The position numbers and the translations under genes were made by a program. A stretch of 64,000 nucleotides of DNA from Nitrospiraceae bacterium (GTDB lineage Bacteria; Nitrospirota; Nitrospiria; Nitrospirales; Nitrospiraceae), in contig JBFWWG010000008.1 of the NCBI GenBank assembly GCA_050246315.1, positions 32,001-96,000 of the forward strand, read 5' to 3'. Positions 1 to 10,143 of this stretch are shown piece after piece; within the stretch, counting starts at the first letter, position 1, and each line of letters starts with the position of its first letter. Under the pieces are notes generated by a model. The model worked only from the letters and a program-made list of their open reading frames with translations. It had not been told where the DNA came from and made no database searches.

Positions 1-1038
1 ATAACGACTCGTCGCGAGTCTGAACAGATACGAGTGGTAGAGCAGATTCCAGCCTGGCTGCTCCCATTGCCACGGAAGATACCAGCGATCGTAGCCGACG
101 AACGGGAGATCATAGATCGACCGATATTGATAGATATCTCTAGGATGCATGAGCGGAACATTCAAGAGCTCAAGATGGCCGTTCTTGACCACAAAACGAG
201 GAGCTGCCCATGGGCAGGTCTCCCAATTTAGCATCATGAGGAAGCAATAGATCCCCATGCCGCGTTCTGGAGCACCATCGGTAAAGCTCAGCACGACCAG
301 ATCCGGTTGCCACACCGTCACATCCCGCTCATAGCGCAGATACATTTGTCCGAGACTGTAGCCGGGAACCGCAAAGTTCAACACCCGACAAGACGGTCCG
401 AGCCGTTCTTGAAGGTATGCTCCCCATGTCTCCTCAAACGTTCCCTGCCAGCCAAAGGTGAACGAATCGCCCAGGAGCGCCACACGACAGGAAATGCGTT
501 CCTTCAAATATTCGATCCCCCGAGTTGGGCTACGCACCCCCTCCTGACTGCTATGCCACAATCCATCCTTGCTTATTTGATTGCGACCCACCGTCCAACC
601 CAACATTGAATCCCCGACAAAGTAGTCGGGAGTCACATCGAAGACATCCAACGTCCGATTGTATCGCTGAGTCACATACCCCCATCCCCGCGGAAGCAAC
701 AACATTGTCCCCAGTTCTTGTCCCCATGGCTTTTGCACCGTGGCCCATCGGAGTCCTATCTCGCCAACCATTCCGGCGCAGGCGATGACCAACACCGGAA
801 TTATAACGGCTCGAACCGCGTTCTGATGTTCATCCTGGCGAATCTTGCGGTACTCAGCAATGAACTTTCTCGCCGTCAACGGAACGCCTACAAACGCACA
901 CAGGAACACCGCACCGGGAAGGCTGACCAGGAACTCGAACCACGTCGGTTTGTACGAGAGGCGGTAAAGCATTAAGACCGACACTGCCACACAGACGACC
1001 CACAACATCATCACAACGAGGAGACGGAGGTGGATCAT
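1..1038 (-). CDS. Membrane-anchored SGNH/GDSL hydrolase-family protein (runs off left edge; absent from ORF track)
   Basis: Manual translation from ATG at 1038: MIHLRLLVVMMLWVV... with N-terminal TM segments, then RVALLGDSFTFG and VLNFAVPGYSLGQ (SGNH blocks I and II). Confidence 0.8.
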   Translation of the reverse strand, partial: MIHLRLLVVMMLWVVCVAVSVLMLYRLSYKPTWFEFLVSLPGAVFLCAFVGVPLTARKFIAEYRKIRQDEHQNAVRAVIIPVLVIACAGMVGEIGLRWATVQKPWGQELGTMLLLPRGWGYVTQRYNRTLDVFDVTPDYFVGDSMLGWTVGRNQISKDGLWHSSQEGVRSPTRGIEYLKERISCRVALLGDSFTFGWQGTFEETWGAYLQERLGPSCRVLNFAVPGYSLGQMYLRYERDVTVWQPDLVVLSFTDGAPERGMGIYCFLMMLNWETCPWAAPRFVVKNGHLELLNVPLMHPRDIYQYRSIYDLPFVGYDRWYLPWQWEQPGWNLLYHSYLFRLATSRY

Positions 1039-1134
1039 GCCGGAAGCTACTCACACCCGTGGGTCGGCCATGCCCAGTACGCGCCTACCATGTCGCATGA
1101 GAGGCTTCATGAGGAGCAAACCAGAATCACCCCA

Positions 1135-2397
1135 TTACCCCGTCAGCTCATGATAGAGCTCTTCATAGCGCCGAGCTTGCGCAAGGAGAGGGTAGTCGGT
1201 CAGAGCCGTCTCTCTCGCCTGCCGAGACATTCGATGGAGAGCAGCCGGTTCATTCAAGAGCGCAGCCATGGCGTCGCGCAAGCCCCCAATGTCGCCGGGG
1301 TCGACGAGAACTCCCGTCAAGCCGGGACGGACCATATCCCGAATCCCGCCAACATCGAATCCGAGAACCGGAATGCCACAGGCCATTGCTTCGAGGACGG
1401 TATTGGGAAGATTATCCTGAAGGGAAGGGATTACGAACAAGTCTGCAGCGCTATAGGCGAGCGAGAGGAACCGGTCATTTCCCACGTAGCTGAGGTGGGA
1501 CCCTCGCATCTCCGCTGGAAGCCGAGGCGGATTGTGTCCGACCGACAATAGCCACAGGCGATCCACCTGGCGAGAACATTCTTTGAGCGCCTCCTGCAGC
1601 AACGAGAACCCCTTGCGCCGGTTATCGACCATCTCAGCCAAAAACAGTATCACGTGAACATCCTGGGGAATGCCCAATACGTCGCGGGCTGCTGAACGGT
1701 CGCGCGGCGCAAAATACTCGAGATTAATCCCATAGGGAATCGTTTCGACACGGAATCGTGCGAAGATCGGGCTCTGTTTCACCACCTGCCCCAACCACCG
1801 ACTCGGTGTCACCAGGCACAATTTCTTCGGATCGATTCGGTCAAAGATCGTCCGTTTCCGATCCCACACCTGACCCGCTAGATCGTCCGGATCCTCAGAC
1901 CCGAGTTGAGGGCACGCCCCGCATCGCTGCGCAAATCGTCCACAACCCAAATCGTAGTGACACCCGCCCGTCAGGGCGTTCATATCATGCAGAGTCCAGA
2001 CGATCACGGTACGCCTCGATACCGCCTCGATGACCTGTTCATAATCGAGATATGCCGCCACCCAATGGAGATTCAGCACCTCACACGGCGGGATCTGATC
2101 AAGTAACGCCGCCCCGTAGGGTGTTCGATCCTCGCTGAACAGTTCGAAGCCAGGCGGGCGACTCGTTGCATAGGGCGTCGCGCTTCGGACAATCGCCTTG
2201 CGACGAGTCCATCGCCGCCATCGGCTGGGCAGATCCATCGGGATCACAAACTCGCTCACCGTCGGGTCCTGGCCGACTTTGCTTTTCACCAACATTGAGG
2301 AGTCCTGTCCGATTCGCAACAATCCCTGGTGAAGGCGGTACGCAGAGAGAGCCGCCCCTCCCTTCAGATCGTAGGTGCTCAAATGAACTACTCTCAT
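1135..2397 (-). CDS. Glycosyltransferase family 4 (WcaC-like)
   Basis: GGAA N-terminus, WTLHDM...GGCHY, C-terminal DNLPNTVLEAMACGIPV. Confidence 0.9.
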   Translation of the reverse strand: MRVVHLSTYDLKGGAALSAYRLHQGLLRIGQDSSMLVKSKVGQDPTVSEFVIPMDLPSRWRRWTRRKAIVRSATPYATSRPPGFELFSEDRTPYGAALLDQIPPCEVLNLHWVAAYLDYEQVIEAVSRRTVIVWTLHDMNALTGGCHYDLGCGRFAQRCGACPQLGSEDPDDLAGQVWDRKRTIFDRIDPKKLCLVTPSRWLGQVVKQSPIFARFRVETIPYGINLEYFAPRDRSAARDVLGIPQDVHVILFLAEMVDNRRKGFSLLQEALKECSRQVDRLWLLSVGHNPPRLPAEMRGSHLSYVGNDRFLSLAYSAADLFVIPSLQDNLPNTVLEAMACGIPVLGFDVGGIRDMVRPGLTGVLVDPGDIGGLRDAMAALLNEPAALHRMSRQARETALTDYPLLAQARRYEELYHELTG

Positions 2398-2442
2398 ACA
2401 ACTGGATTCCCTGAACTCAGCGCCCGTAGCCTAATGGCCCTG

Positions 2443-3426
2443 TCAATGTACCTTGCGGCCGACCGAGAGGATCCGTTTCAGCATGAAGATGAGTTTGGCC
2501 CGTACGCCATACCAAAGTGCCGATCCGACGAGCTTGTAGTACTCAGGAATGTACGGAAGGACAAACGCCCCTCGGACCCACTGAAAGAATGGAACGCGCT
2601 CTCGGTACATTCCATCCCATCGCTCGAGATAGGTCTGCCACCCTAGACGGGCCAGATGCGGCTTGAGCACCCGCCACTGCGCGGGCTCCCGAAGGGCATA
2701 TCGGAGAACCGCAGGATCCTCGTCCAGGAATTTCAGGTAAATGCACGTATCTTGGGCCAAGCTATCCACTTTGAGGGACCAGCCGAAACTCACATCGCTG
2801 TAGCGCCAGCGAAAGCTGCATCGTTGGCTGATCGCGACGGACCCCCTCAGACATAACTTGATTAAAATCGCATCGTCAGTGTGCGTTCCGCCTGGGATCT
2901 CGGGATGCCCGCCGTCTTCCCTGATGTAGGACGTCCTCCCGAGCACGGTGGAGTAGCTTTCGAAACCATAATTCGTCCACGATCGGATGAACTCCGGTCC
3001 CGTCATGAACTCCGGCACGCGGTCGGACGACACTCGTAACAACCGGCCGGCTGCATCCACAACCTCTTCCTTCGCAAGCGCGACCGCCACCTCCGGATGC
3101 GACTCCAAGATTCGGACCAGATCCGAGACGTAGTTCGGGCTGAGCATATCGTCATAGTCGAGAAACGCGAAATAGTCTCCGGTCGCGGCTGCAATGAGTT
3201 GATTGTAGTGAGTCGGCAATGGAACTGTTCGAGGATTTTGTCTGAATCGATAGGAACGCGGGTACCATTTCTCCGCCAAGTCATTGACTTGCGTCCCGTT
3301 TTCGCCGTTGTCAGATACGATCAGCTCGATGTTCGTATAGTCTTGTGCGGCCACCGATTGTAGCGCATCCACGAGATAGTCGAGGCGCTTGTAGACCGGC
3401 AAGGCTATCGTGACAACCTTATTCAT
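2443..3426 (-). CDS. Glycosyltransferase family 2
   Basis: VTIALPVYKR...ELIVSDNG...YFAFLDYDD (GT-A DxD). Confidence 0.9.
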   Translation of the reverse strand: MNKVVTIALPVYKRLDYLVDALQSVAAQDYTNIELIVSDNGENGTQVNDLAEKWYPRSYRFRQNPRTVPLPTHYNQLIAAATGDYFAFLDYDDMLSPNYVSDLVRILESHPEVAVALAKEEVVDAAGRLLRVSSDRVPEFMTGPEFIRSWTNYGFESYSTVLGRTSYIREDGGHPEIPGGTHTDDAILIKLCLRGSVAISQRCSFRWRYSDVSFGWSLKVDSLAQDTCIYLKFLDEDPAVLRYALREPAQWRVLKPHLARLGWQTYLERWDGMYRERVPFFQWVRGAFVLPYIPEYYKLVGSALWYGVRAKLIFMLKRILSVGRKVH

Positions 3427-3532
3427 CCGGATCCTGCTCCACCCCCATAGTTCCCACGTGTCACATCACGCCCATCGTGCACAATCGGGAGAGTCTCGAC
3501 GGATACCCGCCCAGCGCCTGCCGAGTCCTCCG

Positions 3533-4456
3533 TCACCTCGCCCCGGCAACGGATGGAAGGACCGTCAGGTCCACAGACGGATGAGGATTGATCCCTCGCA
3601 CGGCCTCTAGATAGCGATTCTGGAGGGCCCCCAAAATGGGTGCCTTTTCCGGCAACGGCATCCCTTCAATGGACGACGCCAGAGCGACTTCGTGCAATGT
3701 CCCGCAGACGCCGATCTCGTCGGCTATCAGGAGCTCGGTCCGATCAATCGGACGATGGACGAACACGATGCCCATGGAATGGGCCATGGTTTCCAATATG
3801 TCCAAGGTGATGCTCTCCAATGCTCCCTCCGACGGTGGGGGGGTGTAGACAGTGCCGTCCCGCACCATCATCAAGCACGACGCTGTGGCTTCAGCCACAC
3901 GACCAGATGCATTCAAGAGCACCATATCATCGTAGCCCTGCGGGCGTCCCTCGATGCGTGCAAGCCGGGAAACCTGATAGTTGCTGCTGGTCTTGATGCG
4001 GGCCGGAAGCGCGATGTCGCTGCTGCGCCGCCACGTGCTGACGCCCAGCTTCACCGACTCAGGATTTTTCTTGTCTTGATGATACGCGGTCAGGACGAGA
4101 TCGGCCTTTGTATGCTCACCCCAATGCCCTTCGGTCACGAACAGAGTGGTGCGAGCCCACATGTCCCGCTCGGGCCTCGCAAGAGCACCAAGCAACGCAT
4201 CGATAGCCTCATAATATTGCTCGAACGTCGCGGACCAGGGCACATGAAGGAGGCGGGCCGATCGGCACAGGCGATCATAATGTCGCCGCATGTGAACGAT
4301 TTTGAACCGTCCGTCCGGTTGCCAATACCCCTTGAGCCCTTCGAATACGTTCAGCCCCCGGGTGACAGCCTCGCAGCCGATATGTAAGGTGGCCTGGTCC
4401 CAGGGCACCAATCTTCCGTTCATATACGCAAGGTCTGGTCGTTGCAACTGAGCCAC
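3533..4456 (-). CDS. PLP-dependent aminotransferase class IV (BCAT/D-amino-acid transaminase fold)
   Basis: FEGLKGY, catalytic Lys in IKTSSNY, EATASC, LESIT, CGT. GTG at 4456 follows AAGGAGG (track uses 4495). Confidence 0.85.
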   Translation of the reverse strand: MAQLQRPDLAYMNGRLVPWDQATLHIGCEAVTRGLNVFEGLKGYWQPDGRFKIVHMRRHYDRLCRSARLLHVPWSATFEQYYEAIDALLGALARPERDMWARTTLFVTEGHWGEHTKADLVLTAYHQDKKNPESVKLGVSTWRRSSDIALPARIKTSSNYQVSRLARIEGRPQGYDDMVLLNASGRVAEATASCLMMVRDGTVYTPPPSEGALESITLDILETMAHSMGIVFVHRPIDRTELLIADEIGVCGTLHEVALASSIEGMPLPEKAPILGALQNRYLEAVRGINPHPSVDLTVLPSVAGAR

Positions 4457-4511
4457 ATTCGCCTCCTTGTTACGTACACTGTTACGTACACTCACATCAC
4501 TGAGAGCGGAA

Positions 4512-5306
4512 CTACCGATAGGTGCGCACAGCCTTTCTGAGATCCCCCGGTGTCCCTATATCGAGATAGGTCCCGCGCGGGAACGTGACACTCTCGACGG
4601 AGAGTCCCTGTCTCACGGCCGCCTTGATGACCGCGCCAACCGGTACGTCTCCCTGGGCGTCCATCTTGCCAGAGGTCACTAGCCCCATCTCTCGCAGGCC
4701 GAGGCCGGACGACAGCGCCTCATGTAAGAATTCTGTAAACGTCGATCTCCAGACTGCACAGACCCAGGCATATCGGAGGGACGTCCGCCGGGGCTTCAGC
4801 CAGAGTCCCCGTACCCTTCCCTCCTGATCCGCCTCGACCATGTCCATCGCTCGACAGTCATGGGCGGGGAACAATCCCAATACAAGGTCGCAGCGTCGTC
4901 GCATCAGATGATTCAACAACCGACAAAAGCTGTCCAGAGGCTGGAAGATGATATCCGGAAAGCCGAATGCAACGATCTTCCCAGAGATAAAGGGATACGC
5001 TCGATTAACGCTGTCGGGTGGGCCACTGGAATCACGAATGACGACATAGGCCAAATCCATGTCGACCGAACGGCCGTCCGCGAAGTACTGCGGGATGTCC
5101 CACTTCCCTTCCCGAATGACCACATAGGCCTTCCTGATCCCGGCCAACCGAAACGCCTTGAGGAGGTACTGGCTCACCACCTTCGGACCAGGAGGCTGAC
5201 TCCTGTCCGGTTCCATGAATCCGACCGGAAATAGCTCCTTGCTGCACGGTAGGAGGCCGAGCCTCCGTGAACGGCCGGCAGCCGGCACCACACCCACCAC
5301 CTCCAC
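4512..5306 (-). CDS. Sugar-phosphate nucleotidyltransferase (RmlA-like)
   Basis: GVVPAAGRSRRLG...SKELFPVG; FGFPD; YLDIGTP. Start uncertain (track 5354). Confidence 0.8.
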   Translation of the reverse strand: MEVVGVVPAAGRSRRLGLLPCSKELFPVGFMEPDRSQPPGPKVVSQYLLKAFRLAGIRKAYVVIREGKWDIPQYFADGRSVDMDLAYVVIRDSSGPPDSVNRAYPFISGKIVAFGFPDIIFQPLDSFCRLLNHLMRRRCDLVLGLFPAHDCRAMDMVEADQEGRVRGLWLKPRRTSLRYAWVCAVWRSTFTEFLHEALSSGLGLREMGLVTSGKMDAQGDVPVGAVIKAAVRQGLSVESVTFPRGTYLDIGTPGDLRKAVRTYR

Positions 5307-5343
5307 GTCCGCTCCGAATTCTTCCGCACCACGCGCGCAAGAT

Positions 5344-6288
5344 TTACGTACCATTGGATGAATCGGGACTGGGCTGACGATAAATCAGTTCGCCTTCGGT
5401 ACCGGTGCCATCATCGTAGAGGGCCACCAGTTCGTCGGGAATGCGTGACAAGTCGCTCCCCCGCAGATAGTCCCGCATTGTGGTCCCTGTGCATTCCTCA
5501 TCCACCTTTGGCGCACCACGTCTTGTTGCGACGTCGTCCAGGTGCACCACACGAAAATCCAGGCTGAAGCGGGTTCTGCCGGAGGTATTTGGCACGCTGG
5601 AGTGCATCTGTGCGCCCGAGAACAGAATCATTCCGCCCGGCGGCACGATCAGACGGATCTGCGGGTCGAGATCAAGGGGTTGTAAAGGTTTCGGCAAGGG
5701 ACGCGGATCTTCCTTGAGCAACTGCCCCACATGATCACCTCGGTACTTCTGATTCCAGAGATAGTAGTTGTATCCCTTCGAACTGTTCTTTACGGCACGA
5801 TTCCAATATCGCGGGTGGAACGCCATTGCATTATCGGATCGAATGCCAAAGATCGGAATCCACCAGTTGATCTGGCACGGTGGAGCCGAGTACCAAGTGT
5901 CCCGATGCGGGTGCCAGGCGTAGGCGATGCCCGTTGTCAGGTAATTGTCGCTGGTCGAACTCCGCATTTTTGGCACATCAAAGTAGGTCTTATCGAGATT
6001 GCAACCGAGATCCTGGAGTATAGCCCGAAGATGACCCTTTGACTCGGGGTGATGAATGAACGCGGGCTTGAGCTTCACCAGGATCTGAGCATATTCCTCG
6101 ACCGGCATGTCGAACTGCGCCGTTTCGGGGTCGCGCCCGCCGAACGCCTCATTGATCATTCTACGTGCAAATTCGACGAACGCCAGCGAACTCTTCGTTG
6201 GCGAATAGGCAAACAGTTGCCCGTCGAACAACGCACGTCGCCGCTCATCATCCGTCAACTGGGCGTCATAGTACACCGTGTTGTTCAT
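5344..6288 (-). CDS. Probable Fe(II)/2-oxoglutarate-dependent oxygenase (PhyH-like fold)
   Basis: HPHRDTWY (HxD), INWWIP, MHSSVPN (distal His), RFSLDFR (2OG-binding Arg). Confidence 0.6.
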   Translation of the reverse strand: MNNTVYYDAQLTDDERRRALFDGQLFAYSPTKSSLAFVEFARRMINEAFGGRDPETAQFDMPVEEYAQILVKLKPAFIHHPESKGHLRAILQDLGCNLDKTYFDVPKMRSSTSDNYLTTGIAYAWHPHRDTWYSAPPCQINWWIPIFGIRSDNAMAFHPRYWNRAVKNSSKGYNYYLWNQKYRGDHVGQLLKEDPRPLPKPLQPLDLDPQIRLIVPPGGMILFSGAQMHSSVPNTSGRTRFSLDFRVVHLDDVATRRGAPKVDEECTGTTMRDYLRGSDLSRIPDELVALYDDGTGTEGELIYRQPSPDSSNGT

Positions 6289-6394
6289 CGTGCACCTCAA
6301 CCCGCTGGATAAAGGTTCTTCTGTCCAGTCACCGCCGACCTGGTACCCCAACTCACGAGTTCCAACCGTTGGACATGCCGAACATGTCGTGCTC

Positions 6395-8014
6395 TTAGAG
6401 CGTCCCTTGCTTAAATGCGGCCACCAGGTGTTCGGCCGTCCGGGTTGCCAAAGCTGCGATGGTCAGCGAGGGATTCGCCCCAGCTCCGGTGACAAAGACG
6501 CTCCCGTCCGCGATATAAAGGTTGGAAACATCGTGCGTTCGCCCCAAAGGATTCACCACCGACGTTCGAGGATCCTTCCCCATCCGGCATCCGCCCATAT
6601 AGTGGGCCGAGGTCCCAGGCTTGTGATCCTCCGGCTCGAAAATCTCCTCCGCTCCTGCCGCGTGGAACAGTTCGACCAGGGATCGAGTGAACGCCGTAAT
6701 CATCTTGCGGTCATTATCACGATGCTCGCTCGTAATATGCGGGACCGGTACACCGCGGTGGTCCTTTTGATCCGAACTCAGCGTCACGCGGTTCCGTTCA
6801 TCGGGTAACTGCTCGCCACAGGCCGAAAGCTCGAAGCTATGCCCGACCAGCGCGCGCATCCTTGCCTTGTGCGCGCTCCCCCACCCAGGACTGTTCATGG
6901 CCACTGCCTGCGGCCAGGACCAGTCTTGGTTGATCATGATCTGCCACCCACGAGCAAAGTCCTGTCGCGGGTTCGTTTCATAGAAGTCCTGCATGTAGCC
7001 CCCGCCGGGAGGTCCCATCCACGGCTCCAGCGGCTCTCGGAATCGCGCAGTCACGGCGGTGGATAGGTGCTCCATGAAAAACTTCCCGACCATGCCGCTG
7101 GAATTGGCCAGCCCATTGGGGAACCGTCCTGACGTACTCAGGAGCAGCAGTCGAGGGGTCTCCACCGCATTGCCGGCCATGACAACAGCCTGTGCGGTGA
7201 TCTCCTGCTCCTTTCCCGTTGGATCAAAATAGATTACGCCCTTTGCTTTTCCATCCGACCCGATCCGGATCTCCCGCGCCAAACTCTCCGGTCGGATCTC
7301 GACGCGTCCCGTCGCTTCGGCTTTCGGTACGTATGTGACATCCATACTGGATTTTGCCCGGATACGGCATCCGTATCCGCAAACACCCGCCCGTATGCAG
7401 GCAGGACGTCCGCCCCAGGGCCGTGTGGGGATTGCAAGCGGGATCTGCACCCAATGCCACCCCAGCTTCGCCGCACCCCGCTGTATCAAACGGCTCGCAC
7501 AACTGAGTTCGTGCGGCGGATTGGGGAACGGCTTGCTCCGTGGAGGATCGAAAGGATTGGCTTCTGTGCCGACCGGGCCGCTCACCCCAAGTTCGTGCTC
7601 GACCCGTGTGTAGTACGGCTCCAGATCCGCATAAGTAATCGGCCAGTCTTCTCCTACCCCATCTCGGCTCTTCACCTGGAAGTCGGATTCATGGAAGCGT
7701 GGGACTTGAGCTTGGTATGCCAGTGTCGATCCTCCGACACCCTTTGCCCTGGTGAAGACAAACCCCTCGGACCCGCCGGCGCCGTATAGATTCTGGCGAG
7801 AATCTTTCGGCTCAAAGAACATCTTGGTGGCTTTTTTGACGAAGTCCTGCTGATCGGTTGCATAGTGAAGCACGGGATCATACCGCGGGCCTGCCTCAAG
7901 CACTACGACTCTGAGACCGGCTTCTCCCAGCTCCTTGGCAACAACCGCACCTCCGGCTCCACAGCCGATTACCACGACATCAGCCTTCGCCTTTTCGATC
8001 CTGAGATTGGCCAT
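6395..8014 (-). CDS. GMC family oxidoreductase (FAD)
   Basis: VVVIGCGAGG, GVGGST, Cys cluster CIRAGVCGYGC, HYMGGCRMG, NPSLT. Confidence 0.9.
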   Translation of the reverse strand: MANLRIEKAKADVVVIGCGAGGAVVAKELGEAGLRVVVLEAGPRYDPVLHYATDQQDFVKKATKMFFEPKDSRQNLYGAGGSEGFVFTRAKGVGGSTLAYQAQVPRFHESDFQVKSRDGVGEDWPITYADLEPYYTRVEHELGVSGPVGTEANPFDPPRSKPFPNPPHELSCASRLIQRGAAKLGWHWVQIPLAIPTRPWGGRPACIRAGVCGYGCRIRAKSSMDVTYVPKAEATGRVEIRPESLAREIRIGSDGKAKGVIYFDPTGKEQEITAQAVVMAGNAVETPRLLLLSTSGRFPNGLANSSGMVGKFFMEHLSTAVTARFREPLEPWMGPPGGGYMQDFYETNPRQDFARGWQIMINQDWSWPQAVAMNSPGWGSAHKARMRALVGHSFELSACGEQLPDERNRVTLSSDQKDHRGVPVPHITSEHRDNDRKMITAFTRSLVELFHAAGAEEIFEPEDHKPGTSAHYMGGCRMGKDPRTSVVNPLGRTHDVSNLYIADGSVFVTGAGANPSLTIAALATRTAEHLVAAFKQGTL

Positions 8015-8026
8015 CAATCTTGCCTG

Positions 8027-8758
8027 CTAAGCCTCTGGTATGCAGGAATGGCCACGGCCCGCATAGCCAAATGGAAACGGCGGACCTGAATAACCAAGCC
8101 ACTCCCACGCGATCGGCGTGGAGTAAAAGGCTTCCGCAGTGTCTCGAACTACTTGATCGACCAATATCAGGGCTGGATCACTAACCCCGGCGAGTTGCCG
8201 GTAATAGAGATGCTGCAATTTCCATTGTACTTTCCCTGAGAAGGTGGTCGGCGGAACCTGCGGCCAAAGTCTGGCATAGGCCAACTCCAAAAAAGTAAAT
8301 AGTTCTCGCTGCTTATCATGTGATAGTTCAATAAATGCTTGACCATGTCTTTTCTGAGCCAGCCCATTGATTGCCTGCAGCCCCTCGGCATATCGTCGCC
8401 GTACGGGCTCGGCATGGAGGGTCGATTGTTGAATCTGCTGTGCGACCCCAGCCTCCCTTGCGCCGGGCCCCTGCTCGTCGGAAGGAATAATCACGGCTGT
8501 CAGTGCCTCTAACGTGCGGAATTCGTCGGAGGACAAACAGCGTCCATCCGCGCAGGTCGCAGTCGACACAACGGTATCCGAAGCCTCAGCATATCCCGTG
8601 TATTGACCGCCTCCGTCGCGCCCCCCTTGCGTTGCCAGATCGAGCCAGGTCTGACCGAAAGCGATCGCAGCCCCGGTGGCCAGCAGACGGCCTACGAACC
8701 TTCGTCGAGAAATACCCCGGTTCCGCCTCCGTATGAAGTGAACATCTCGCATGCCCAT
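8027..8758 (-). CDS. Gluconate 2-dehydrogenase subunit 3-family protein with Tat signal
   Basis: SRRRFV twin-arginine motif; IIPSDEQGPGAREAGV; WEWLGYSGP. Confidence 0.8.
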   Translation of the reverse strand: MGMRDVHFIRRRNRGISRRRFVGRLLATGAAIAFGQTWLDLATQGGRDGGGQYTGYAEASDTVVSTATCADGRCLSSDEFRTLEALTAVIIPSDEQGPGAREAGVAQQIQQSTLHAEPVRRRYAEGLQAINGLAQKRHGQAFIELSHDKQRELFTFLELAYARLWPQVPPTTFSGKVQWKLQHLYYRQLAGVSDPALILVDQVVRDTAEAFYSTPIAWEWLGYSGPPFPFGYAGRGHSCIPEA

Positions 8759-8787
8759 CAGATTGCCGCCAAGTGTGCCGTCGAGCT

Positions 8788-10119
8788 TTAGGATTTTGGC
8801 TGCGTCCCCGGTTCAACCTGTTCTTGGAGCAGGCCGCAGGCCACCAACGCTTCGGCCGCTCGCTGTACCTCCTCAAACGACACATCCGCCCGCTCGGCAA
8901 TGTCCAATAGCGAATGGCGACCATCTGACAGGTTCAGCACCCATAAGATCACCAACTCTCGACTTTGCCTTTCCTGCTGTCCTGCGATGGCACGATAGAG
9001 CCCTCGGCGACCGAGTTGGGGCTCACATTTTGGATTTTGGTTCACATAGGTGCGATCCTGTTCCAGGAGGTCGAACACGGTCAAGCAATGCGAATAGGAT
9101 CTCGCCAGGGCGTCCGGCTTCACAAAATCCATGTCATCTGCCGAGGTATGATACTCGGGATATTCACCGTGGGGTGTCCTCATGAAACATCCGACCGGCA
9201 GGTCGAAGCCCGGAGAACAATATTGTCGCTCATCATAACCGTACGGGAAGAAATCGATAACGCTGTACGGCTCCCTTGAATGCTTCAAGATATGCTCCAT
9301 GGCCCGATCGATTTCTGCACGGCCCCGGCGACTTCGCTTGTACGTCACGCGATCTCCCGCGCCTATGCCGGTCAACACCAATCCATGCCGGATCCGCGAC
9401 ACCGCTTGTTCGTTGCGGGCCAGCCACGTGATCGACCCGATCGTCCCGGGAATGAACACAAAGCGATACGAGTATCGCGGCACACGACGCAGCAGTGTTT
9501 CGGCAAGGAATGTGGCCACCGCAATACCGGAAAGGTTGTCATTACAAAGCGAAGGATGGCAGATATGGCAGGACACCAGGACTTCCTGACTCGTCTCTCC
9601 GGCCAGGTAGCATTCTCCATAAGTGAGCGTACCCGGAACCAGAGTGGAATCGATGCAAATTTCATATTCTTCGTCCGACAATTGTGACAGTTGCTTGTGA
9701 GTGAGACAGAACCCCCAGTTCTTCTTGTAGTAGGAAGTACGATATGGAATCCATTCCGGATGTTCAGCACAGGTGAAGAGATGTGGCCGGAGGTCCGCCA
9801 AGCGCATTGTGGCTCGAACCGGTGCGCTATAGCTCATCACGTGCAGATTGGAGGCTTGGAAATCGACAATCCGTTTCCCATGACGATTCTTGATGAAGGC
9901 GTCCGTAATATTCCATTCAAGGGGTACGGACCAGTCGAAGACACGGGTACCGCTAGGCACTTCATGGAGTACAAGCGGAATCCGTGCCTGCAACGCACGC
10001 AGCGTTGTGCGAACCCCTTCTCCGGTAATGCTCCGACAGATCGGATAGAGCTCGCGAATGAGGTCATGCATGCCGGCTCCCAATCGACTCATGTCGCCAT
10101 GATGCTCCATGTCTGCCAT
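8788..10119 (-). CDS. DUF4910/DUF2172 aminopeptidase-like polysaccharide-locus protein with C-terminal wHTH
   Basis: PICRSITGEG, WIPYRTSYY, HICHPSLCNDNLSG, YDERQYCSPG, EYHTSADD, CEPQLGRRGLY. Confidence 0.85.
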   Translation of the reverse strand: MADMEHHGDMSRLGAGMHDLIRELYPICRSITGEGVRTTLRALQARIPLVLHEVPSGTRVFDWSVPLEWNITDAFIKNRHGKRIVDFQASNLHVMSYSAPVRATMRLADLRPHLFTCAEHPEWIPYRTSYYKKNWGFCLTHKQLSQLSDEEYEICIDSTLVPGTLTYGECYLAGETSQEVLVSCHICHPSLCNDNLSGIAVATFLAETLLRRVPRYSYRFVFIPGTIGSITWLARNEQAVSRIRHGLVLTGIGAGDRVTYKRSRRGRAEIDRAMEHILKHSREPYSVIDFFPYGYDERQYCSPGFDLPVGCFMRTPHGEYPEYHTSADDMDFVKPDALARSYSHCLTVFDLLEQDRTYVNQNPKCEPQLGRRGLYRAIAGQQERQSRELVILWVLNLSDGRHSLLDIAERADVSFEEVQRAAEALVACGLLQEQVEPGTQPKS

Positions 10120-10143
10120 GAATCCCTTTTGGCCTAATACCGA

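Noticed and set aside
4468..4491. 12-bp tandem TGTTACGTACAC x2 before the aminotransferase RBS
   Set aside because: Two copies only; most likely replication slippage, no supportable function.
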